Source: Lama glama
Taxonomy: Eukaryota
Assembly (NCBI GenBank): GCA_028534125.1
Contig: CM052832.1
Location: forward strand, 19,160,001 to 19,224,000
Reading direction: 5' to 3'
Length of the DNA stretch: 64,000 nt
The position numbers and the translations under genes were made by a program. Each line of letters begins with the position of its first letter. Position 1 is the stretch's first letter. Positions 25,192 to 37,150 of this stretch are shown here, one piece after another. The notes under the pieces are model-generated. The model was not told where the DNA came from, did not search any database, and saw nothing but the letters and a program-made list of their open reading frames with translations.

Positions 25192-25289
25192 AGAGCGCTG
25201 AACTCCTACTTCGAGCCGGCGGTGGAGGAGAATGCCTTGGAAAGCCGCCCCGAGCCCCTCTCCGAGCCCCTCTCCGAGCCCGAGTCCTG
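25192..25289 (+). CDS. TDP2: TDP2 exon 2 (RALNSYFEP...EPLSEPLSEPES)
   Basis: Acceptor ttcttcag|, 98 nt, donor TG|gtgcgt (phase 2). Confidence 0.92.
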
Positions 25290-26049
25290 GTGCGTGCCGG
25301 CGGGGGCGGGGGCCCGTCGGGGCGGAGGCAGTTCGGTGTCGGGTTGCGGTGGGCATCCTGGGACCTGCCTTGAAGTTGGGCGGGCGGGCTGAGTAGAGGC
25401 CGAGTAGCCGAAGCGTTGTTGGCGCGTCGGATGGAGATGCGCCCTAGCTGCGGGGCTGACCCTTCTCTCCCGAGGTCCAGGCTGTCGCTTCGAACGTACT
25501 TTGGAGTCTGGGGAGGAAATATCTGAAATGTAATTTTTGACTCCAATTATCGAAAATATGTAAGCGAGAGTTTCGAAACAAATGAATGAGGCAAAATCCT
25601 CTCCTGAAGAATGGTAACTTGGCAATCTCCTTACTTTCCATATTGTTGTTGTTTATTTACTCTCTGCCTACCAGCTAGAATAGTAGTTTTTTGTAAAATG
25701 CACATCCTCCCCTGTTATTTCACTCCCCAATTCCTGCACCACCTCTGTTAAACTCCAGGTGCCTTACCAGACCCTCCACGGTTTGACCACCACCTGTCTT
25801 TCGGGTTTTGTCTTTCCTATCCCACAAAACTTCTGGACATATCAAACTTTCCCTTTCTCCAGTGGGCCATTTTCTCTTGCCTTTCAACCTAGAACCTTTT
25901 TTTTCATCCCTGCTGAATAATACTAATCTTAAAAGCCGAATTTAGACATGACTTATCTCCAAGATATTGACATGAAGTTTATTAAAATTATAAATACAAA
26001 AGCCTGTTTCTTAAATTTATGTACATTTTATAAATGCTGAGCAGTCCCC

Positions 26050-26390
26050 TTTTAATGTTGTGTCCCTCCACTCATGTCTGATCCTTGGTGGGGACGGTGG
26101 GGTCGGGCAGGACTGTAGACTGGAGCACGTAGAAGTCTCTCAGGACGGCAGTTTCAGAGCAGTCAGACTTCTCCCACGGCAGCCCACAGTTCCTGGACAG
26201 AGTGTTCCGAAAGGCTTGAGTGAAAGCTGCGAGGCTTCTTACGGCCAAGCCTCAGAAATCCCAGAATATCCTTTTCACTGGATTCTATTGGTCAGGCAAG
26301 TCGGTCAGGCCCAGATTAAAGGGGAATGGTGTTAGACTTCAGCTCTCAGTGAGGGGAATAACAGAATTTGCAGCCATTATTTATCTGGCA
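26050..26390. mobile_element. MLT1-like (MaLR) LTR remnant
   Basis: cactggattctattggtca...cccagattaaagggga...gaatttgcagccatt text typical of old MLT1 elements; from memory. Confidence 0.55.
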
Positions 26391-26728
26391 TAATGAGATC
26401 TTACTTCAAATCTGATTTAAAATGAAATGAAAACCTCACATTACTCAGTCTAATTTGGGGTCATAGTTTGTAAAATCATTTTGGTGACACATGTCATCGA
26501 AGGCTGTTGAGTTGGTTCTCACCGTGTAATTGAGCAGACGTTTGGAGAACACAGGCAAGATATATTTATCCTGTCATCAGACTTTTGCACTTTGATTGGC
26601 AGATACTTTTAGGACTCTTTTAAGATTTATTTATCTGTAAAATGAAGGCTGCAAAGACTCAAAATAATTTTTAAATCAGTCAGTTTATAGAGCAATTGCA
26701 AAGTTGTATTTCATTCTGACCTTGCCAG

Positions 26729-26902
26729 TGTTGACCTCACCAAGGAAGAAACGAGAGATTCCATTAGTTCTAAAACCAGCACATCTGAAGGTGTTCAGCA
26801 GGAAGATGGCAGCGTGTTCTCTTTCATCACCTGGAATATTGATGGATTGGACTTAAACAATCTGCTAGAGCGGGCTCGAGGGGTGTGTTCCTATTTAACT
26901 TT
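26729..26902 (+). CDS. TDP2: TDP2 exon 3 (VDLTKEE...FITWNIDGLD...GVCSYLT)
   Basis: Acceptor ttgccag|, EEP motif TWNIDG, donor gtaagt at 26903; 174 nt. Confidence 0.95.
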
Positions 26903-27622
26903 GTAAGTATTATTACATCTGTTTAACAGTAGGATGATAACATATCTTACCACCTACAACAGGGGTCACAGTTCAAGTTTATGGGCTTTGGAATCAGCCC
27001 TAGTCCAGCTCTCAGAAGAAACATCTGAAAGAATTGGGAGTGATTCCCTCTGGGAGCAGGATTGCAGTTTGGGATGCAGTGGGAACACTAATTTCTGTTA
27101 GAAGCCTTCTAGTACTATTTTACTTATTAAATTTCGTGTGTACTTACTGCTATAAAAAGGAAATAACCAAAATGATCTGTATCTGCTACACACTGGCTCT
27201 GTGACTTTGTGTAACCACTTGTGAGCCACTTAAGTTCTCTGGAGCTCCATTTTCTTCATGGTGGATAACAGTTGTTTCAAGAGGATTGAAAGAGACAATA
27301 ACAGTTAAAGCACCTTTTAGTGTGTAGGACCAATGTAGGCTTTCAGTGTTACTGGTATCTGATGTCAGTGATTCCAGTTCTTCTAACTTTAAAGTGATGT
27401 CACATATGTTTTTTTTTAATTGACCTTTACAGTGTTATTTGTGAAATAACACAGATCTTTCTCATTTTATAGTTATCAAAGTTCAGTAGAAACGTTGAAT
27501 ATTAGGTGTCCTAGAGGATTACAGTTCTGTGTTTCTTTTATGCTGTGGTATTTTCCTAATCTGGGTAGCTGCAAATGAAATGCTATACCCGGTGTTCATC
27601 ATAAATTGATGTTTTTAATTAG

Positions 27623-27714
27623 GTACAACCCATGTGTGGTATTTCTACAGGAAGTTATTCCCCCATACTATGCCTACCTAAAGAAGAAAGCAAGTAGTTA
27701 TGAGATTATAACAG
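27623..27714 (+). CDS. TDP2: TDP2 exon 4 (YNPCVVFLQEVIPPYYAYLKKKASSYEIIT)
   Basis: LQE metal-binding motif; acceptor aattag|, donor CAG|gtaaca; 92 nt. Confidence 0.95.
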
Positions 27715-29602
27715 GTAACAATTTTGCTGTTATTATCTTGTCTTTTTCTTTGAAAAACAAATAAGTGAAAGAGATAAATCAAAGTTAGACAATTGGAACA
27801 TAGACAGGAAAAAGCACAAATAAAATAAGCTTGAGAAAAACAAGCCAGACACAGAATACTAAAAAAAAAAAAAAAAAAAAAGGAGAATATGTTATACAGC
27901 TTATATATGTGAAAAAGTGGTTGAAATGAGATTTTTCAGGAAAATATAAATTGCCAAAATTTGAGACCCTGAGTAGCTTTTTGGTGAAATTATTAAAAAA
28001 ATTTTTCTGTGATTGCCTTGTGGTTATGCTTTTTCAAAAAGTCTGTCTTTATTAATTCGTTTTTATTTATTTTGGGTTTTTTCCCCAGCTTTTTCCCTGA
28101 ATAATTCAGTTAAAAAATTTTTTTTAACTTTTTTTTATTGAGTAATAGTCATTTTACAATTTTGTGTCAAATTCCAGTGTAGAGCACAATCTTTCAGTTA
28201 TACATGAAAGGTAAAAATTTTTTTAAATCTGTTTTATTTTTACTAAGGGCATTTAACGTACTACTGTGGCTACATTTCACGATTTTTTGCTAAATCTCAT
28301 GTTTTCTTTGACTCTCACTTTTATGTAGTACGTGAGTTTCATTTTGATTTGCTTTTTAGTCCAGAATTGCTAAAGAGAGGGTTCTCTCTCAGTCTCTGTC
28401 CTTCTTTGTGGGACAACTTTTCTACTTTCTCTTGGGGATACTTTTTTGCCTGTCTTCCGTCTTGGATATCTTGTTTTCTACATCCCATGGTTTTTTCCTT
28501 CTTGATTTACTTTCTCATTTTAATTGGAGCACATTGAGTTCCCGTCACTTTCTAAGTAGCACGTGGGGAAGGAAGGTTTTGAATCTCAGCGTATTTGGAA
28601 ATGCCTGTGTTCTGTCCTCGTAGCTCAGTGTTACTTTGGCTGGACATAAATTTCTAGAGAGTCATTTTCCCTCAAAATTTTGAAGGCATGATTTCAGTGT
28701 TTTCTGGTTTCCATTATTGATGATCATAAGTCTGGTGGCATTCTAATTCTTGTTCTTTTCTCTCCCCCTATCCACCCCGGCCCTGGAAGCTTTGAGGCTC
28801 TTCTTTTTAGCCCTAGTGTGCTTTGGATCTTTTTTCATTTATTACGCTGAACACTTGGTAGGACCTTTTTATCTGGGGGTTTTTGACCTTCGGTTTTGGA
28901 AAATTCTTCTCTCTCACCTCCTTCTCCCCCCCCCCCCTTCCTGGGGCCAGCTTGCCCACCTACCCTCTCTCCAGTCTGCCTCCCCGCCTCCCTGCCCCTC
29001 CATCTCCTGGTCTTCCTCCTCCTGTCTCTTCCTGTTCCTTTTTTCCTGGCTTCCCTCCGTTCTGATAAACCAGTTATCACTTCTCCAAATACTTTATTTT
29101 CTGAAAAACTGTTGGAAGCTTTCATTCACTGCCCCTCTACTTCTGTTCTCTTTTCTTCTTGCAAGTTATGCCTTTCTAAGCTTTTTACTCACCTACTATA
29201 ATTTTTCTGGTGCTTCCAGAATGAAAAGTAACTGCCAGGTTGCCTCAGAAGTAAGATGTCAAGTTGTCTCAGTTTAAGTCTTATTCTCTATGCCTTTCAG
29301 AAATGTTTTCAAATTTTTATGTTTGATATTGACACTGTTAACTATTTTTGGAACTTAATGTCAATTCATTTTAATTTTTATATTTCTTCCATACTTCTGT
29401 TTACATTTTGGGAGAGGCAAGTAAACATAGGGACTTGGTTGGCTATCTTCAGCTATTTTGAAATAATAGTTTACTTTTAAGATTTAGATCCATTTAAATA
29501 TCTGTGCCTTTTTTTGTAATAAAATCTTCAGTAGGAGAACTTGTGATAAACTGCAAATACCCTTGACTCTCAGCCTAAATTCTTCTTCACAAACATTTGA
29601 AG

Positions 29603-29721
29603 GTCATGAAGAAGGATATTTCACAGCTATAATGTTGAAGAAATCAAGAGTGAAATTTAAAAGCCAAGAGATTATTCCTTTTCCAGATACAAAAATGATG
29701 AGAAACCTTTTGTGTGTGAAT
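29603..29721 (+). CDS. TDP2: TDP2 exon 5 (GHEEGYFTAIMLKK...MMRNLLCVN)
   Basis: Acceptor tgaag|, donor gtaagt at 29722; 119 nt; phases fit the neighbouring exons. Confidence 0.95.
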
Positions 29722-31050
29722 GTAAGTAATTTTTTAAAATTGACTTTAAAAAGAAAAAGAATGGGTTTTTAAAAAATATAGTTCCATGATGGTTTCTTTT
29801 CTAAAAAACTATTGTCTTTAGACAAATATTTGTTCCTCACTTATAGGTTCTTCGAAATAGTCCTAAAGAACTTTATAAATTAAATTTTTACATGCATTTC
29901 AAATATAGACAAATTTGTAAAAATAAATTCTTTGATTCATTAGATGTTTTCTTAATATATAAGTTTGCTAACATTCTATATTCGCTTCCTATAGTAGTTT
30001 TTTCATTAAATGCACTGTGCTTGGTACTGCATTGTACTCAGTGAGTCTTACAAAAATGAGTCAAATAGATCTTGCTTTCACAGAATTCATAGATTAGCAG
30101 GGCAGAGATTGTATGTATGGTTACTAAAATAAAGGAAAGGCATAAATGCCATGGGAGAGGTATAATAATGTGCCCTGAAAGTTTAGAGAAAGAAGAGGTG
30201 ACTTTTAGCTACATTGTTTAGTGGAAGGTTCCTGATGGAAGCTGCATTTGAATTGGGCCCTGAGAAACATTTAAGATGTAGATATTAAGAACCATGCAGG
30301 TGGCAGAACCACCATGAGCAAAATTTTGCAAATTACAAATAGCAGGGTATGTATATATGAAACAGGGCATATATAGGTCTAAATCAGCATTCCATTCAGT
30401 TGAGTGTGGAGGGCACAAAGAGGGGTAGTGTGATAAGAAGTTGATAAAGTAGGTTGGATCCAGATTATAGGAGATCATGAATGCCCAATATGAAAGAATT
30501 TGGACTTGACTCTGTAGGCAGTTAGCTTACATAATGACAGATCCCACATCGTTGGTATCTTAACTGGTAAATGAGTCTCTTTCATTCATTTAACTGACAC
30601 TATTTTGAGTTACCTGTGTTCCAGGCTCTTGATAATTTGGCAGTAATTAAGAGAACCATCTTTGCTTTCAAAGGACTCATGGCTTTGTAGGAGAGGGATA
30701 ATTCTGCTGGAATTCAGCCTAGAGGACTTTATAAAGAGCCTTTCCAGTGTGCTATAGGAGGTTAGGGGAGGGAGCCACTGATGCCTGGGGCACTGGGGAA
30801 GGGCTCACAGTGGAGTTGACATTCGAAGTAGCTCTTGAAGTATTAGTGGGTACTTGTTCAGTATTGTTTGGGAGCAAGTTTAGCACCATATACTTCTTTG
30901 ACATATAAGGAAAAGCACAGTGCTGGTTATATAGTTTCTTTTTAGTGAATATCTATCAGTCACTTGAATAATTGTTGATTCTGTTATCAAAGTTCAGCGT
31001 TAATGGTGAGTGAATAATCTTAACGATTCTAATTATTTATCCTGTTGCAG

Positions 31051-31221
31051 GTGAGTGTGTCAGGAAATGAACTCTGCCTTATGACTTCTCATTTGGAGAG
31101 CACCAGAGGGCATGCTAAGGAACGAATGAATCAGTTGAAAATTGTTTTAAAGACAATACAGGAGATTCCAGAGTCAGCTACAGTTATATTTGCAGGAGAT
31201 ACGAATTTAAGGGATCAAGAA
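31051..31221 (+). CDS. TDP2: TDP2 exon 6 (VSVSGNELCLMTSHLES...FAGDTNLRDQE)
   Basis: Catalytic SHLES and GDTN motifs; acceptor ttgcag|, donor GAA|gtgagt; 171 nt. Confidence 0.96.
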
Positions 31222-31644
31222 GTGAGTGATGAGTCAGCTCGGTGTTTATGGGCAGGTTACTGCTGTGGAAACTGATTTAGGTTTCTTTTGATCAAAGCTG
31301 TTAAAACCAAGACCTTCATCATAATGTGGAAGTGACCTTGCAGATGCAGTTCAGCAAATAATGATTTGGCCTGTGCTGTGTGCCTAGCACAGGGAAAGCA
31401 GGAGCGGAAGGGCTGTTACATTATTGGATGAAAAACATAAATATGGCACATGAAACAGACAACATAAAACAATATGTGTTGATTAACAAGAGGGCTATAG
31501 AGAAAATAATGATTAGAAGAGTTTAGAAAACTTCATCAATTTGTGTTCTCTAGTTGCAAGGTGAGAAGAACAGAAAGATTTGACCAGCATAGTTGTCCCT
31601 AATTCTCTTCCGTCTTGAGGTTGTTTTTTTCCCCCAACCTTTTT

Positions 31645-32655
31645 TACCTTCATGACATTGGATTTGGCAGTAATTTCTTGGATATGACACCTTCATGCAT
31701 CAAAGGATATTGTCAGAGTAAAAAGGCAACCTATGGAATGGTAGAAAATATTTGCAAATCACATCTGATGAACAATTAATTTTCAGAATGTACAAAGAAC
31801 TCTTACAAATAAAAAAAAACAGTAAAAAAAAACTCACTTAGAAATGGGAAAAAGATTTAGGCATTTCTCCAAAGAAGATATAGAAATGGCTAATAAGTAC
31901 ATGAAAAGATGTTCAACATCACTAGTCATTAGAGAAATTCGAATCAAAACCATATTGCGATACCACTGCACATCCACTAGCATGACTGTTACCAAAACAA
32001 AACAAAGTAACTGTTGGCACGGATGTGGAGAAATTGGAACCTTTGTGCATTCCTGCTGGGGATTTAAAATGGTATAGCTGCTGTGGACCATGGTGTGGGG
32101 ATTCCTCCAAAAATTATTACGTATGATCCAGCAATTCTGCTTCTGGGTGAATACCCAAAATAAGTAAAAGCAGAGTCTTGAAGAGATAGTTGTATACCTG
32201 TATTCATAGCATTATTCACAATTGATAAAATGTGGAAGCAACCTAAGTGTCAATTGTCACATGACTGGATAAACAAAATGTGTATACTTGAAATGGAATA
32301 TTATTCAGCCTTTAAAAGGAAGGCAATATTGAATGCTGTAACATGAATGAACCCTGAAGACACTGCTGAGTGAAATAAGCCAGTAATAGAGGGATAGATA
32401 TTTTTTCATTCCTCTTACGCAGGTATCCTAAAGTAGTCAGATTCATAGAGACAGAAGGTAGAATGGTGGTTGCCAGGGATGGGAAGAGGGTGGAATGGGG
32501 AGTTCATGTTTAATGGGTACAGAGTTTCAGTCTGGAAATTGGAAATGTTCTGGAGGTGGATGGTGGTGATGGTTGCACCTTACTGTGAATGTGCTTAATG
32601 CCATATGTAACATAAAGTGGTAAATTTTATGTATATTTTATCACAATAATAAAAA
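31645..32655 (+). mobile_element. Old LINE-1 (L1M-type) ORF2 C-terminal remnant plus 3'UTR
   Basis: ORF 31844..32077 (RHFSKEDIEMANKYMKRCSTSLVIRE) resembles the L1 ORF2p C-terminus; A-rich 3' end. Confidence 0.92.
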
Positions 32656-33138
32656 TTTTTTTAAATCTTGGAATGTGGGAAGAAAAAATGTTAGTAAATT
32701 TAAAATAAAACTGAAGGCAGTTGACATTACCGGATCATATAAATGGTATACTTCTAAATGCATAAATTAAAGTAGAATAACAGTTGTGCTGCCTTTGCAC
32801 TTGTGTTCATTAAAAAAAAAAACTAATTTCGGTAACTGAGGCCATGGGTTTTCAGTCTTCTGAGTTTTATCTGACACCCAAAGTTAGGAATCTGTTTATG
32901 GCAGAAGAGCAGGGGTAAATTTCAGACCTCTTTGGCTGTCTTGATATTTTTATATTACCTATTTACTATCATGTGGCAAAATATTTTTATAATCTATCTA
33001 GTCATATGTAGTTCTACATTTGTGCATTAATAATCTGTGGCATTCTGATTTGAAACGTACTTAGACACAGTAATAGTAAAGACCTTTTTAATTTGAGGGA
33101 GAAAGACTTTCTGAAAAGAGCTTTCTTTTTCTTTTCAG

Positions 33139-33420
33139 GTTACCAAATGTGGTGGTTTACCCAACAACATTTTGGATGTGTGGGAGTTTTTGGGCAAACC
33201 TAAGCATTGCCAGTATACATGGGATACACAAATGAACTCTAATCTTGGAATAGCTGCGGCTTGTAAGCTTCGTTTTGATCGAATATTTTTTAGAGCAGCA
33301 TCAGAAAGTGGCCACATTATTCCCCGAAGCTTGGACCTCCTTGGGTTAGAAAAACTGGACTGTGGTAGATTTCCGAGTGATCACTGGGGTCTTCTGTGCA
33401 CCTTAGATGTTATATTGTGA
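33139..33420 (+). CDS. TDP2: TDP2 exon 7 (VTKCGGLPNN...RFDR...PSDHWGLLCTLDVIL*)
   Basis: SDH catalytic motif, TGA at 33418-33420; the seven exons total 1101 nt = 366 aa. Confidence 0.96.
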   Translation, partial: VTKCGGLPNNILDVWEFLGKPKHCQYTWDTQMNSNLGIAAACKLRFDRIFFRAASESGHIIPRSLDLLGLEKLDCGRFPSDHWGLLCTLDVIL

Positions 33421-34250
33421 AATCTGTTTCAAATACAAGTTTTGAATGTTCTGAGCAATTTTGTTCTGTGTTTTTGCAAATGTAATTTCTACCTATCTGG
33501 AAAGGTAGCTTAATATGGAGGAATTAATAAACTGGATCATTGTAACAGAAGAAAAAACTACTGTGATTTTATTTTGTAGATTGTGTCCTCAGATTTCAGA
33601 ATGAAACCGACATGTGTATTTAAAGCATACCTGTGTTCAGAACATGAGGCCTCTTAGTGAAAGGTCACAGAGGCTGTGAGAGCTGTAACAGTGCTCAGAG
33701 CTGCTGACTAGATTCAAGCAGGGCCACATTGTCTCTGGGCTAGCCTTTATATTTGATTTATTTTTTAAATCAGGTAACCAGATACTTAATATTTTAAATA
33801 AGTCTTCAGAAATTAAAAAAAAATTTTTTTAATTAAAAAAAATTTACTAAGCCCTTGGGACTGGATCTTTTGATATTTAAGAAAGCCAAGATAGATGAAA
33901 AAGCCATGATCATCTGCATTTAAGTAGATTGCAGCTCTGCTACATCAGACTTTATTTTTGTACATGATTGGTAAGCTATGAATGAACTCATGATTTAAAA
34001 TTGCTTCATTTCAGAAAATTCATGTCTGAAGTTATGTCACCAACAGAGGCAGAGTTAGACTTGATGATTAAAGTCAGTTTTACAGTGGCATTGGACTTTT
34101 TTTTCCAAGAGAAAAATAAATGTATAAAGAGAAACAGCCTTTTACTTTTGCATCTTGTAAAATTGAATTATTTTACAAAAGGTGAATGAGGAGCACTTCT
34201 ACATGTGCTTTAAGGAAACATTTTTTTTTCCTATAAGAGACTGTACTTTA

Positions 34251-34256
34251 AATAAA
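34251..34256 (+). terminator. TDP2: Candidate distal TDP2 polyadenylation signal (others at 33526 and 34115)
   Basis: AATAAA followed by U/GU-rich sequence (ttgtttatagtttgttttc). Confidence 0.55.
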
Positions 34257-36599
34257 GAATTATGCTTGTTTATAGTTTGTTTTCATATTTTTGTGCTTAC
34301 GATGGGATTGAAGTTTTTACCTGCTTCCTGTTTCTGACCGCTGCTACTGCTTCATCTTTGTGTGGAAGAAAACAGCTTTCCACAGTGCTGCTTACCCTGC
34401 CAGGTGTTACCAAGACTGCTGACTTCCTCAGTACATAAAAAAAGGAAAGCTAGTTGTAGTAATTACAATGAGAAGAATCTTATTTTCATCAGGGATGTCA
34501 AAATTAACAACTAAAACACCTAAAAAAAAAGCTGAATTTTTACATGACATTACCTTTGTGGTAATGGGAAAGAGTCTTGTATGTTAATCATAATTTTCAT
34601 CATTAAAAATAAAATAAGAATTAATGCTAATATTTTAGCATACATTATGGAGGTAGTAGTTCATTTATGTGGGAAAAGGATGTTTTTGGCATAAATTGCT
34701 TATTCACTTGGAAGGAAAAAGAACACCACACTTCACATTACAAAAAAAAAAACTAGATGAGTGAAAAGCTAAAAATAAAAATATGTAGTAATGTGTATTA
34801 GATTAAACAATTGTCAAATTGTTTCAAAACTGGAAAGGAGTATAATTTCCTTTATGTGACTCAGCATCCAAGAGAAATACCTTCCCACTTAATGCTTATA
34901 GTAACAAAATCTAACAAGTTATAAGTGAAGTGATTACGAACAATAAAACTATTTTTAGCCTGTTTTGATGGGCAGTAGTTCTCAAACAATGCAAGAATTA
35001 AAGTATTATGCAGTATCTTGAATTTCTTACTTCGAATCTCAAGTTTTCTGAGTTGTGTGTCTTCCCTTTTTGGTAAAATTCCATCTCAGTATCTTATATT
35101 TCAATATGCTAAGCACCATCTTTGCCACTGGTATGAAATATACTTGAACCTTGCTAGACCTCAGTTTCTCCCACCTCCAAATAGGACAGTTCCTTGTCTT
35201 TTATTGTGCAGTTTTGTAAGGACAAATTTTCCAGCCAACAGCATATAAACAAGAGCCGACAAAGTCAGAAAAGCTTTACTAAAGATACATCATTTTATCT
35301 TTAGTATTTGTTACATCTGGCATATAGCAGAAGCTCAATAAATGCTGAAGAAAAATGAAATATAGTGACCTTACATTTGTGTTCTAGGGAGGCGGATTAA
35401 CATTTTCATGCAGTATGTATCAAAATAGGTATTTATTATATATATCAAAATATTCATTTCTGGCTCTAAGTTGAAATGTCAAGGTTTAACATTCTAGGCT
35501 AAGCTTATATATGTATATGCTTACATATATAATATATTTAAATATTTTAAGCCCATATAACTTTATTTATTTAGACTCCTGGGAGTAGGCCTGTTGTCTG
35601 ACTAAATCAGATCTATTGATGCAGTGGGAAAGGACACCTTGGAGGCACCGGGGAATGCCAGGTGAGAATAGAAAAGAGAAAAGTGTCTTTTGTAAGTTGT
35701 TTTACAGCTGCTAAATGACTTTGGGAGAAATATCATTTCCTGTTAATTTTGCTTCTGGCTTTATCTGCATCTCCTCCCAGCCTGATCAATGGGCAGGGTT
35801 GCCTTTTTCTTTTTAGCCTAAACTGATTTGCTCTCTTTCAGTCCTGGGCGGGTTTTATGCCTTCAGTGTGAATTCTGTTTTAAGCCCCACAATCATCCTA
35901 AAAGAATACTGTTACTATCTCCATTTTAAAATTAAGGAAACTGAGGTTAAGCAGGATTATGTACTCCTCCAAGGCCCATCCATAGCTAGTGAGGAGCCTA
36001 GTAGGGGCCTATTCAACGGTCTCTGTGACTTGGTCCTAAGCACTGCACTATACCTCATAGTAAGGGAATGCGCAGTGAATGCCCTGGCTTCCTTTTGTGC
36101 ACCATGTTAGCAGCCCTAGATGCTTGAGCATCTTATAAGAAAACAGTACAAATGCAAGGACAAGCCTTCCACATGAGTTTCCTATTGTTCAAATGATCAC
36201 CTTCCCATACATGCAAATGTAATCGAAATACTTTGGGCACCTGGTTAACCTAGAAACCGTGGAGTTGGTCTGGGTGCCTTCTAGCACCTGTTTTTTATCC
36301 TCATTCAGAAAGCACACATGCTCAAAACAGCCTAAAGAGGCTCCCACTGGAGGAGTGGGACTTGTGCGTGTAGAGTGACTTTGCTTCGGGGTACATATGC
36401 AAACGGTCTTTGACCCTAGTAGTGTGATCAAGGCTCCCTTGAGTTACCCTGGCCAGGGAATTTGAAAGGGACGCTTCTCCCCCAGGCTGTTTAGGATCAC
36501 GGTGACCAGGAAGGCGTTGGTAAGAAAAGGAAGTGGGGCATGCAGGCCGCCCTGCTTCTCGAGAGACTTTGCTTGTTCCCCTGAGAAGTGGGAGTCCAT

Positions 36600-37150
36600 G
36601 GTCTGGATGCCCATCTTTAGAGCGCGAGCTACGAGCTGGAAGCTGGGCAAGGACGGCCGCCTGCCCATCCCGGGGGACGCGTGTGCGCGTGCGCGCGCGT
36701 CGCCGTGGTAACCACGCAGCGGAAAGGCGCTGAATCACAGGCGCGCGCTTTCCCAGCGCAAGCTGAAGCTGCAGCCGGGGTCAGGCAGGGGCCCTCCCGT
36801 TGCATCCTTACTAGACCGGTGCTGACCCTGGCAGGCCTAGCTGGCCCGGTGCAGAGGAGCGGTGGCCACAATCACTGTCACTGCTGGAGGTAAGAGCGCA
36901 GCAGTAGCCTAAACCTGTCTCCGGTTTGGGCATGAGTCTCTCCTCTGGGGCTGTATCCTGGGGAGGAGAAAGCGAGGGTTTTGCTTGGATGGGGCGGTAC
37001 CTCCTCCCTGACAGAAGATGCGCGTGCCAGTGTGTGGAAGAGTGACTGTGTGTGTGTGTGTGTGTGTGGCGGGGAGATGACGAACAGGATCAGGTGGGAC
37101 GGCCAGCTGCACCGACTAGGGCGAGCTTCAGCCTGGCCAGCAGCGACCTC
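36600..37150 (+). promoter_or_regulatory. KIAA0319: KIAA0319 CpG-island promoter and non-coding exon 1 (donor after 36889)
   Basis: CpG-rich island, donor GAG|gtaaga at 36890, X-box-like GTCGCCGTGGTAAC at 36699-36712; position between TDP2 and the KIAA0319 coding exons fits the known gene order. Confidence 0.75.
37047..37068. repeat. (TG)11 microsatellite
   Basis: Direct read. Confidence 0.95.

Noticed and set aside
28750..29277. 175-aa hydrophobic ORF resembling a membrane protein
   Set aside because: Artefact of the pyrimidine-rich low-complexity tract and old antisense L1 sequence, which lack stop codons.
31844..32077. L1 ORF2-like peptide as a functional gene
   Set aside because: Short fragment of a truncated, stop-ridden old L1.
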